Positions 52,711-64,000 of a stretch of DNA of 64,000 bases are shown here, piece by piece; within the stretch, counting starts at the first letter, position 1; the number at the start of each line of letters is the position of its first letter. The translations under genes and the position numbers were made by a program. The notes under the pieces were generated by a model, which worked only from the letters and a program-made list of their open reading frames with translations, was not told the origin of the DNA and did not search any database. Source of the stretch: Octopus vulgaris (lineage: Eukaryota); NCBI GenBank assembly GCA_951406725.2, contig OX597816.1, positions 167,028,001 through 167,092,000 on the forward strand. Reading direction: 5' to 3'.

Positions 52711-53029
52711 TCACCCACCTTCACACTTCACTGAACTTTACCTGGAGATGAAACACTTACCTGTGTTTTTCCAGGTGATTTAAAATCATTTAAATCTCTC
52801 CACCATGATATAGCAGTTAAATATACAGTATTGCTATTGTTGTTGTTGCTCCTATCACTTCTATCACTGTCAGTATTATTATCAGAATCTTTGGTGTGTC
52901 AGATAAAATGCTTAGTGTCATTTTCTTCCGGCTCTCTATGTTCTGGGTTCAAATCCCGTCGAGATCAACTTTGCCCTTCATTCTTTTGGGATAGATAAAA
53001 TAACTGCCAGTCAGGAACTGGAGTTGATT

Positions 53030-53522
53030 ATTTACAATGGATAGGTGTCCTCATCTTGTTTGTTGTTATCACAACATTTCGGCTGATGTATTCTCCAGCC
53101 TTCATCAGGTGTTCTGGTGGCATATCAAACCCAACCCTTTATTTAACTAATGGGATACACTGTTCTCATTGTAAATAATGTACCTAATTCCTCATCCCCC
53201 AAAATATAGTGTTGATATTATTTTTCAAGTCCCTGCCTGCGATTGAACTTAGAATCTGAGGGTTAGTAGCCTGTGCTCTTATCCAGTATTAAGAAAAGAT
53301 AAAATACTGGGTTTATAAGCCCTAAAATTCACTCTACAATTGTCCACTGGCATATAGCATAGTGGATAAGAATGTGGTCAAATAAAGGGCTGAGTTCAAA
53401 ATCCCACCAGAACACCTGAGAATACATCAGCCAAAACGTTGTGATAACAACAAACAAGATGAGGATACCTGCCCACCCATTGTAAATAATGTACCTAATT
53501 CCTCATCCCCCAAAATATAGTG
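53030..53522. mobile_element. Head-to-head inverted tRNA-headed hammerhead (Penelope-associated) element inserted in an old SINE B
   Basis: Minus arm: tRNA-like 53288-53228, hammerhead 53113-53068. Plus arm: tRNA-like 53349-53405, core-deleted hammerhead 53411-53445. Tail shared with 44375-44460. Confidence 0.7.
53068..53113 (-). ncRNA. Minimal type I hammerhead ribozyme motif
   Basis: aacac-CTGATGA-a-ggctg(gagaatacat)cagcc-GAAATGTT-gtgat; one probable CpG decay in helix III. Confidence 0.7.
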
Positions 53523-53619
53523 GAGTCAATGATATTGACTCCAGAGAGTCATTGACTTTCTCTCTCTTCCTAAAATTGCTGGTCTTATGTCAAGATTTGA
53601 AACCATCATTATTATTATT

Positions 53620-54000
53620 AAGGTGCCGAGCCGGCAGAAACATTAGCACGCCGGGTGAAATGCTTAGCAATATTTCGTCTGTCTTTACATTCTGAGTTCA
53701 AATTCTACCGAGGTCGACTTTGCCTTTCATCTTTTCAGGGTCGATAAATTAAGTACCAGTTGCATACTAGAGTTGATCTTATGCCTAGAGTAGAAAAGAG
53801 TATTGTTTGCATATCAGATAAAATGTTAGGCAATATTTCTTCTGACTCGTTGCATTTTGAGTTCAAATTCTGCTGAGGTTGACTTTGTTTTTCATCCTTT
53901 CAGGGTCAATAAAATGAATACCATTTGAAAACTGGAATTGCTGCAATCAGCTTCCTCCTCCTCAAAACTCCTTGTCTTGTACCAAAATTAGAAAGAATTA
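53620..54000 (+). mobile_element. Two adjacent SINE B copies (tail B)
   Basis: Homology to other copies. Confidence 0.75.
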
Positions 54001-54659
54001 TTGTTGTAATTAACAATGCTTTTTTTTCTTTTACCAATCTCAGTTTTATTTTTTTTGTTGGTACTCTTAGTAATGTCTTTTGAGCAGACCAGTGGTCAAT
54101 AGCCTTCAAGGATGAAATCCAAATATGTATCCCATTGATTTACAGTCGATAATCTTAATTGTGGAAGGATATAATGGAAGATGTAAATAATTCCATTGTG
54201 GACTACTTCCATTTTTTAAATACTTTCATTAAGCAAGTGTGGATCGGGGGGTGGGGCTGAGGGGTACGTGCCCCGCCTCAAGAAAAGAAGTGCACCCTTC
54301 TAAATAATGTTATTATGCCCTTTTCTTCTGAAATTGTATTTCCTTCTGACATTGTGTCCTCCTTTCAAAAAATTCCTGGGATCACACCTGTTAATAACTG
54401 ATGAAGTAAAATATCTTCAGATATATTAGATGCACACAATTTCAGTGGCATATGTCCAGGAATAGAAATTTTTGGTACATTAAACCATGTATTATAGGTC
54501 CAATTTTGAATAGTTTCCATGGTGAATTTTTAACCCTCTCTCCACATTTAAAAAAAAAAAAAAAAGGTGCATTGTGTATGCCGTCAAATATGGTAAATTA
54601 CAAAAATAATCAATTGAATATTGTTGTTGTTTGGTGTTAACAAGCAAACAATATTGATT

Positions 54660-55440
54660 CACCTAGTTCAAATCGGTAAAATGATAAAGTTGGGTAAGTG
54701 GGTTACACATGAATTCAATGAAAATCAGAAACAGCAATGTTTGGAAGCCTGCATTATGCTACTTTCTTGTCACAAGAATGAATCATTTTTGAATTGAATT
54801 ATAGCATGTGACGAGAAATGGATCCAATGCAACAACCATAAGTATTCAACACAATGGTTGGACAAAGACGAGCCACAAAAACACAGTTCAAAAAGCAAAA
54901 TTCATCAAAAGAAGCTGATGGTGTGTATTTGGTGGTCTGGCACAGGTGTGATCCATTATGATTTCATTAATCATGGCCAAAGTATACTGCAGACAACTGG
55001 ACCAAATGATGCAGAAACTTACAAAAAACGGCCTAGATTAGTCAACAGATCCACTCCTATTTTATTGCAAGACTACACACGACCACAGATCGCAAAAATG
55101 ACATTGGCGAAACTACAGGAGTTGGGAGTTGGAAGTTTTCCATCATCCACCATACTCACCTGAACTTACCCCCACTGACTACCACTTCTTCCAGAATTTG
55201 GATAACTTTTTTGATAGGAAAAAAATTTAATTCCAACACTGTAAAGCAGGCCTTCCAAGATTTTATTGACTCTAGATTGCCAGGCTTTTACAATTCCAGG
55301 CTGGACAAGCTACTGCTGAAATGGCAAAAGTGTATTGACAATATGGGTGCATACTTTGATGAATAAAACTATTCCTTGTATTGATAAAACATGAGCAAAC
55401 TTTTTTCTTTTCTAAAAGTTTCATACTTGACGACCTAATA
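54660..55440 (+). mobile_element. Mariner transposase relic
   Basis: LGKWVTHE, CDEKWI, KKLMVCIWW, HPPYSPELTPTDYHFF; end gacgacctaata. Confidence 0.9.
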
Positions 55441-55499
55441 TCTCCATCATCAGAGCTGACTTGAATTTCTACAACAACATTAGCAACAGCAGCTAGCAT

Positions 55500-55845
55500 T
55501 CCTTTGGTTACAATGGTATGTGTTCCAGTTGACCCAATCAACAGAATAGCCGGGTCATGAAATTCACATGCAAGTGGCTGAATAATCCACAGGTACACGT
55601 ACCCTTAATGCAGTTCACAGGGAGATTCAGTGTGACACAGACTAGCCCTTTGATAAGGCTGGCCCTTTGAATTACAGGTATGACTCCTTTGAAATTCAGG
55701 TACAACTCATTTTTGCCAGCTGGGTGGACTGGAGCAACGTGAAATAAAATGTCTTGCCCAAGGACACAATGTGCTGCTGGAAATCGAACTCAAAACCTAA
55801 CGATTGTGAGTCAAATACTCTATCCACTAAGCCACACACCTTCGG
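55500..55845 (-). mobile_element. CORE-type SINE carrying tail type Z
   Basis: CORE block ccttgggcaagacattttatttcacgttgctccagtccac joined to the tail seen on family C. Confidence 0.7.
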
Positions 55846-56006
55846 CAAGCAACAGCTATATGATCCATCAAACAATCAGATGGAAATTGGTGTGTAAAGA
55901 TTGAGTGTGTGTGTACGTTATAACACCTTTTAAAACGCACTGTCTAAATATTTACTAACTTTACACTCACATTGATGTATCCTTTTTGCCTTTATGACGT
56001 GTGTGT

Positions 56007-56080
<74 letters not shown>

Positions 56081-56512
56081 TATACACATGTATTCTTTTT
56101 CTGCACCTGTTTTGTAATTGGATATAATCAACCTCTCTGTTCTTATTTCACCTTCTTTAGTGCTTTCACTGTCAAACATTTGTTTCTTTTTTTTCTTTCT
56201 GTTCTCCGAGGCAAGTTTCTCTTTACAAAAACCCACAATCAAACAGAGCCGTGTGGTTTGGATTACAAATAATTCCAGGCCTATCATTAGCGGTAATTCA
56301 ATCGCAAACAACAAAACTTCTTTCAACTGAAAGTTGTTGGAGCAGAATATTTGCAGCATGTGTGTACATGTATCTATGTGTATGTGTGTGTGTTTGCACG
56401 CACGTGCGTGTGTGAGTACATATGTGCATGTGTATGTATATGTATGCTGTACTGCAGAAGACCCATCAACCCATGGCAAAATACACCATGATCATATATA
56501 TATATACGTATG

Positions 56513-56546
<34 letters not shown>

Positions 56547-57034
56547 TGTATGTATGTATATATGTGTGTATGTACATATATAGATATGCATGCACACACA
56601 CACACATATATTTGCTCCCTGTCAGGCTCTACTTACATCCTCCCCCTCTCACCTCGGGCTCTGCTCTGTACATCACTCGACCAACTCCCATCTTATTTAT
56701 TCTAACTCTCCTTCTTTATAACAGACCACCACTCTCCTCTAAGTAACCTCTGTTGCCACCCAACACCAGCCCTTATCTTTACCTCACTGCCTACCCTTAT
56801 ACCTCTTGGGTACCCTCTAACCTTTCTTTCTCTCACTGCATTCAATTACGGCTCCCCTTACCCTTCTCTTCTCTTCCCTTAATTATGAATGTCCCTTTAG
56901 AGCCATAACCTTGCAAGTTCCTGGTACCATGAAAAAGGACCTAACACATTCTGTGTATGTGCATGTATATATATTTATATATATGTATATATATATGTGC
57001 ATGTGTACATGTGTATATTTATATATATACATAT

Positions 57035-57198
57035 AGGTGCAGGTGTGGCTGTGTGGTAATTAGCTTGCTTGCCAACCACATGGTTCCAGGTTCAGTCCCA
57101 CTGCATGGCACCTTGGGCAAGTGGCCTCTACTATAGCCTCGGGCTGACCAAAGCCTTTTGAGTGGATTTGGTAGGTGGAAACTGAAAAAATCCTGTCA

Positions 57199-57234
<36 letters not shown>

Positions 57235-57506
57235 TGTATGTATGTATGTATGATGTATGTATGTATGATGTATGTATGTATGTATGTATGTATGTATGTA
57301 TGTATGTGTTTATGTGTCTTTGTATGCCCAACAATGCTTGACAACTGATGTTGGTGTGTTTGTATCCCCGTAACTTAGCAGTTCAGCACAAGGTACCGAT
57401 AGAATAAGTACTAAGCTTACAAAGAATAAGTCCAGGAGATTTGCTTGACTAAAGGTGGTGCTCTGGCATGGTTGCAGTCAAATGACTGAAACAAATAAAA
57501 GAATAA
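57035..57506 (+). mobile_element. SINE family A
   Basis: Full length, CpG-decayed. Confidence 0.9.
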
Positions 57507-57509
57507 CAG

Positions 57510-57569
<60 letters not shown>

Positions 57570-57572
<3 letters not shown>

Positions 57573-57775
57573 TTCTTTATTGCCCACAGGGGGCTAAACA
57601 GGAACAGACAAAGGGATTAAGTTGATTACATTGACCCCAGTGCATAATTGGTACTTATTTAATCGACCCCAAAAGGATGAAAGGCAGAGTCGAATTCGGT
57701 GGAATCTGAACTCAGAATGTAATGGCAGGCAAAATACCGCTAAGCATTTTGCCTGGCATGCTAATGATTCACTCA
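57570..57775 (-). mobile_element. SINE family B monomer
   Basis: Reverse-complement homology. Confidence 0.85.
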
Positions 57776-58225
57776 ACATGCAGGAATTGAACACCTGTTT
57801 TGTATATCTTTATCTACCTCTGAAGAGATTCGACTTCCAAATGATTTAAAATTTTAATTAATTAATTTTCTGAAGGTCCAAATTGAAACAGATGTAAGGG
57901 ATGTTGGGGTGGGGTGGGAAACAGAGACACACAGGTACATATATATACATCACTATCTATACAACATCCCCCTACTTTCCAACCTATTATCCCACCTGAA
58001 CCATCTCTATCTACTCTATAGCAAGATACCTGTGCTTGTTCTTTGATATACTTTTAACCTCTCAACTCCTGGCATGAAACCTCACCCATCTTAAGTATTA
58101 GTTGCTTAGTTGAAGGGTGGGGCCCTTTTCATTTTTCTTTTTTTCTCATCTTGCAAGTTACCTAACAGCCTCAATGGTGCCAGTGGCATGAAAAACGTAC
58201 CCAGTGCATACTGTAAAGTGGTTGT

Positions 58226-59334
58226 TGTTAGTATAAAAATAGGATCACATACGGTCGTATCGTATAGGGAATACAATCGCACGCGATCCCATTCTTAATG
58301 AGATATTACAGACCATATAATACATGCAGCGGCGATAGCACACAAGTGTCATGACAACAAGATTTCTTTTTGAATTATATACATTATTTATTTTACATAT
58401 TTTACAATCCTGTTGGTTGGAAGTTTGTAAGTGTTCCATGTTTGTGTCTGTGTGTTCGTGAGGCATAAAAGGTACTGACCAGAGTAATAACAATGGAATT
58501 TGGTTCACAGTTCATGTTGTTGGTATCAGCCTAGCAACATGTAGTAGCAGATGGCTTAAGGTAGTTCTTAGAATAACTAGAACTCAAGGACAGATAATTG
58601 ATTTACCGTTTATGAGGTACACGGAGGGTAAGAGTTCTATATCAAGATGTTGCGTCTCGTAGTTGAGATTAATTGAATCACTTGTTGTGTTTTATCTTTC
58701 TCTTGATATGAATATACTTCCAGATATATTAACTGTAGCCATTTTTCCCGTGGTGATATTTTCACCTAACCTCTATAGTTGAATCTGTAGTTGTCTTGTG
58801 TACGAATTAAATCTTCGATGTTTGGCGATGAGTTGTGTCTGTCGCTTGGTTTTTGCTGTGTCTTCATCATATATTCTGCTTGGTTATTTTTCTCTTGATA
58901 TAATGGTGGTCGCCTGCCTTTCGAACTGGAACATGGTCGAGTATGCTCTGTGTGGTCAGAGGTTCGCCCTGAGAAGGACTTGAACCAAAGACGAACTCTG
59001 TGGTCAGAGGTTAGTCCTGAAAAGAACTAAAGACCTAAGACGGATATTTGTCTGAGAACACTTCTTTTATAAGGTTTATGTGGCTCAAAACTAACTTCAG
59101 AAATGGAAAGCTGTGATTGGCTGCTTGGAACAATGGCGCGAAAATAAGCGGAGGCAAATCGCGTCACATGACAACCGGCGGTGCGAACGTAGTAGAGACC
59201 ACGTGTCAGCCAATCGGATTAGTGTTTACAACAATGTTAAACTAGCCGAAGATGTTTGTAATCTCGAACGAGATTATTCTTAATACTCTTCTCAAAGAGT
59301 GAAGATAGCAATGAGTGTAACGATATTGCTAACA
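58226..59334 (-). mobile_element. Probable solo LTR splitting a family D element
   Basis: TG...CA termini with short inverted repeat tgttagta / tgctaaca; CCAAT boxes (~59117, ~59210); minus-strand TATAAAA (~59065) and AATAAA (~58388). No clear TSD. Confidence 0.6.
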
Positions 59335-59580
59335 TTAGAAAGGGCATCCAGCTGTTGAGATCATGCCAAGACTGACACTGGAGCTAGGTGCAGCCCGGCA
59401 GCTCACTGGATTCATTTTTTTGTTTTTTGTTTAGAAATAACATAAATGTCCTGGCATTTATTGAAACTGGGCATGGCTTCCCAATGGACCGTAAGCAAAC
59501 AATATCATCAGGAATTGTTTACAATTAGTGGTCATCTTGATATTTCTGTGGATGGAATTTGCTGTGCTGAAGATTCATCA

Positions 59581-59584
<4 letters not shown>

Positions 59585-59668
<84 letters not shown>

Positions 59669-59735
59669 CTCTCTCTCTCTTTCTCTGTCTTTCTCTCTGT
59701 CTTTCTCTCTCTCTCTCTTTCTCTCTCTCTCACTT

Positions 59736-59771
<36 letters not shown>

Positions 59772-59852
59772 TCTCTTCTCTCTCTCTCTTTCTTTCTCTC
59801 TCTCTCTCTCTCTCTCTCCTCTCTCTATCTCCCCCTCTCCCTCAAACACACA

Positions 59853-59897
<45 letters not shown>
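59585..59897. repeat. (CT)n followed by (CA)n
   Basis: Direct reading. Confidence 0.97.
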
Positions 59898-60416
59898 CCT
59901 ATAACATCATGTTAAGTCTGTTCCAATTCTAACAAACAATTGCAACTTTCAGTAGGTTTGCAACGGACACTTCTGATTGGCTAAAATTACATAAATTTAG
60001 AGGCTTGTAATTGTTTTTATTACTGGTTTCAAGAGAAAATGGATATGATTTCTGTCATCAGCATGCAAAAACTAAATCAACATAGAAAATTTGAAACAAT
60101 TCTGGTGGTTACAAATAATTTAAAAAGGTGCAATAATTTTGAAAATAATGGAGACAATTAGGAAAATAACTCATTATTAGGTTAGTGTTAGGTGTAAATT
60201 AACAGGAAATTTTGATGGATGGTTTTAATTTAGATCAATTTAAAACAGGAAGTTTGTTTCAAAGAACCAGAGGCAGTCTGTAACAGGTTGGTATCAAAAG
60301 GGTCAAATACCACTGGTGTTTTTTTAATGTTTTATGCTAAAACCATTAGTATGAGTGTCTGTATATACAAAAAGACAAAAAAATGAAAATGAAAATCACA
60401 TATGCAAACACACATT

Positions 60417-60466
<50 letters not shown>

Positions 60467-60702
60467 ATGCTTACTACTATAAATATATACAGGCAGCACC
60501 TCCGCTACCACAACTATATCTCAGACATAAATAATCTTCTACCACTGCCACCACTATAGCCACAATAATGCAAAGATGATGGTAATATGAATTTAAGGTC
60601 AGCTATACAAAAAAAAAACAAGACAGTGTGACCTGCTACTTACCCAGATGGCAATAAACAACAGCAACAATAACAACTATAACAGCAACAAAATTGTGTG
60701 TA

Positions 60703-60758
<56 letters not shown>

Positions 60759-60857
60759 TGTATATGCAAAAACAACAACAACAAAAAACAAGTACACATA
60801 CATAGGCACTAACCCTAACCTTCCTACTCACACCCATAACTTACACACAGCAGTCAT

Positions 60858-60926
<69 letters not shown>

Positions 60927-62865
60927 AGCACATACATACTTAAATGCATAGAAATATGGGCGGGAAAAAAAATTGATGTTTAACTAAATGAGGTAAAATT
61001 TGAGCTGAATCACTTTGGAAAAGTGGTGGTACTTAGCCAGTGAAATTCTCTTCCCTCAAGAGAACCTCTCATGGTTTTAAATAATATCAGAAACTTAGGC
61101 TTGACTATCAGCAACAACTTTTTGGTTATCTCACCCCCATTAAAAATTCACCATTAAAAAACTGGGTTATCTCTCCACTAAAAAAATTGGGTTTATGTGG
61201 CAACAAGAGATTGGATTCTTCCCAAAGGAACAGTTTAGGTTTGCCTTCTAGGGCCCCAACTTTGAGCTGGAGCATTACCTGCGGGAGGCATACAGCCTGG
61301 ACGGGGAGGAAGGATAAACAGGCTTTAGTGCCTAAATGTTTATTGTATATTATTGTTAATCTATGTATATAAAACTCAACTTGTGTGTCTGTGTGTTTAA
61401 CTTCCCAGCACATTTCCTCCTAGCCAACAAATCGTAGAACCACCAAAAATGGGTCACTTAAAGTTTAGGCGAATAAAAATTGAACTGTGCTATTTCTGTT
61501 CCGAAATTCATCTCACAAGTGCAAAAATCCATAATGTGTTTGTTTAGGCCTTATCCCATACATTGAATAGTGAACTTTACTCAGTCAGCTGTTTGACATG
61601 AACTGTGTTCACCACGCGTGCAAGCATGCGTAAATTGCATGAAAAATAAAAAATCAAGATATAAAAATGAATCACCGTAAACATTGTAGAAATTCGGCAA
61701 AGAAATGAATTTTCGGGATGTAGCCTGGAGGGTTTTTTTGTATTAATCGTTTGGACTTTGTGAACACATACCAATTGTTTTCATAACATTTTTAATGCTT
61801 TGAATTAAATGTGACCATTTTGCAAAGCTGGGCAATACTGCTAGTTGAAAATAAAAGTAAGAGGCTTAGTGCCTCATTTTTTTTTTTTTTTGAACTGTAA
61901 AAAATGGCTCGTGAATGAAATTATAAAAGATCAATGTTCTCGGGTAAGCAGTGATTGGCGGGGGTCGCTTGTTGCCCTCATTTATCATCATTTTCATTTG
62001 TCATTTGATATAACATTATGTCTATGTCCAGCCCATAGCTTCCCTTCTAAGTAAGGCCTTTATGGACAATATAATGTGTGTGTGTGTGTGTGCATGTACA
62101 CACATGTATTCTTGCCTGGACATCATGTAGTAGTTGTAAAGGAGCATTACCATCATACAGGTGTTGTCTCTAGTTTTCCATAGAAAACATGTCTGGTCAT
62201 AGGGAAATATTACCTTGCTTGGAAGCAGGTGAGGGTTAGCAACAAGAAGGGCATCAAGCCATAGGAAATGTGCTCCAGTAAATGGTTGGATGGTTCGACT
62301 GGGGTCTGGGAAGCCAGGAGGCTGCACTAGGCTCCTGTCTGATCTGGCAGTGCTTCTACAGCTGGATGCCCTTCTTAACGCAAACCACTCCGTGAGTGTA
62401 GTGGGTGCTTTTTACGTCCCATGCAAATATGGAAAACTGTTTGTTAAGTAATGAAGACGATGATAATGAACTTTTCCAGTTGGTTCTTTGTTTTGATACA
62501 AATGCACAGCATTTTATGGCAGAGTCATTGATTTTAACTTATTTTCATAAAATATACTGACATCAAAATACTGTATTACATTTGAGGAAGGTTTATTAAA
62601 GAAATTATTCAGTTTTAACTCTGACATTTCATTGAAAACCACTGACAATTTTGGCAGTTACATAGGACTTTGAAGAAATTGTAATATGATAAAATGATGC
62701 ATATTGTTAAGGTCATTGTTGATGATTGCCAAAATTTGAAGTGTTAGTTGAAAGGTATATAGTTTAATGTGTGTGTGTGTGATTTAAACAAAAAACGACT
62801 GAGTTGTTTGTGGAAAGAGAAATTATTCAGGAAGTAACATGAATGTCTGTCTACATATATATATA

Positions 62866-63645
62866 TACATGGTCTGATCAATAAGTATTCAGACTGTTGG
62901 TGTAGTAACGAAGCTAAAGTACAGAGAGTGAAGCCCCTTGGCACAGATTGACCTTGAACTCTGCTGTGCATACACACTAAGTTTTAATGTTCTAGATCAC
63001 TTCTGCTATTTACAGCAGTGCTAGGAAGGAAGGTGTGTAGTGTGTGATTGTCGTATTGATCATGACAGAGAAAGTTGAGCAGAGAATCTGCATCAAATTT
63101 TGCCAAAAGCTTGGCAATACCTGCTCAGAGGCCTATGCAAAGTTTTCAAAAAGTTTTTATCATTCTTGACACAATCAAGGAGCTCTTGTGCAATTGAAAC
63201 CCAAGTGTCCTTTTGGTCAGCTGAAAACAGTTTTGGCACAAACTTGGCCGACATGCGTCTCATACCCAAATCTTCAGTGATTATAGACTGAACTAAACTG
63301 TAAGTAATCTGCACAGCCTCTGATAACTCATGGATGGTAATTTGACAATTTCGCCTCACAGCTGGACACACATCTGCCATATCTTTCTCAGTTCTGCTAG
63401 TTACGGGTCTCCCAGAATGTTTGTCATTATCGACATTTTTTTCAGCCATCTTGGAAATGTCTGAACCACTCATACTCCCCTCCATACACTTTCTGCAGCT
63501 TTGCGCAGGCCTCTGAGCAGGTATTACCATGACAATTTCTCTGTCATGGTTAATGCAATGATCATACACTACACACCTTCCTGCCAAGCACTGCTGTAAA
63601 CAGTGGAAGTGAGCTAGAATATTAAAACTTAGTGCACATGCACTG
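62866..63645. mobile_element. Mariner derivative with two inverted 5' ends (fold-back)
   Basis: Plus MTEKVEQRICIKFCQKLG at 63062; ~62960-63140 is mirrored at ~63500-63645; minus HSGRPVTS...LGMRRMSAKFVPKL. Confidence 0.8.
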
Positions 63646-63788
63646 TAACTTAGTGGTTTGGCAAAAGAGACTGATAGAATAAGTACTAGGTTTACAAAGA
63701 ATAAGTCCTGGGAATCGATTTGTTTGACTAAAGGCGGTGCTCCAGCATGACCACAGTCAAATGACTGAAACAAGAAAAAGAATAAAAG
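63645..63788 (+). mobile_element. SINE family A 3' fragment
   Basis: Homology to other copies. Confidence 0.85.
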
Positions 63789-64000
63789 CATATACATGTG
63801 TGTGTGTGTGTGTGTGTGCGTGTGTGTGTGTTTATGTGTGTGGTTGTATGTATCATTGTCTAGATGTCACATGATGGTTGTGATTGAGAATTATCTTCAT
63901 CATACAAGTGAGGCTGTTTGTTTCCTTGTCTACTGTGAAAAACATGTCCAGCTTGGAAACAGGTGAAGGTTTGCAACAGGAAGGGCATCCAGTTGTAGAA

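Noticed and set aside
52735-52810. Cluster of splice-like signals on both strands (cag|gtaagt, ccag|gtaaag, ttttccag)
   Set aside because: No coherent exon with a matching acceptor, donor and open frame.

Overview
AT-rich, repeat-dominated eukaryotic DNA, not prokaryotic. The tRNA-derived SINEs, dense (CA/TA/GATA/ATT) microsatellites and TTAGGG repeats are consistent with an octopus (coleoid cephalopod) genome; this assignment is my inference. Nearly all ORFs in the supplied track are microsatellite or SINE artefacts. Host-gene evidence is on the minus strand: a 61-nt signal-peptide coding exon (19052-18992), an in-phase 12-nt microexon (8792-8781), a possible distal non-coding exon near 33.8-34.3 kb and weaker candidate downstream exons. 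The rest is a nested mosaic of about five SINE families, CR1, RTE, Tx1/L1 and CRE-type LINE fragments, Tc1/mariner relics, MITEs, Helitron/Helentron-type elements and a probable solo LTR. Most notable: (1) Penelope-like fragments with minimal hammerhead ribozymes in outward-facing inverted pairs, one family with a swapped G3:C8 core and one with a tRNA-like Pol III head; (2) the microexon gene, with a fold-back inverted duplication in its intron; (3) an RTE tail with three C2H2 fingers; (4) an old tandem duplication with reciprocal filled and empty TE sites. SINE family labels A-D are my own. All coordinates were read by eye, and TE boundaries without a TSD are approximate.
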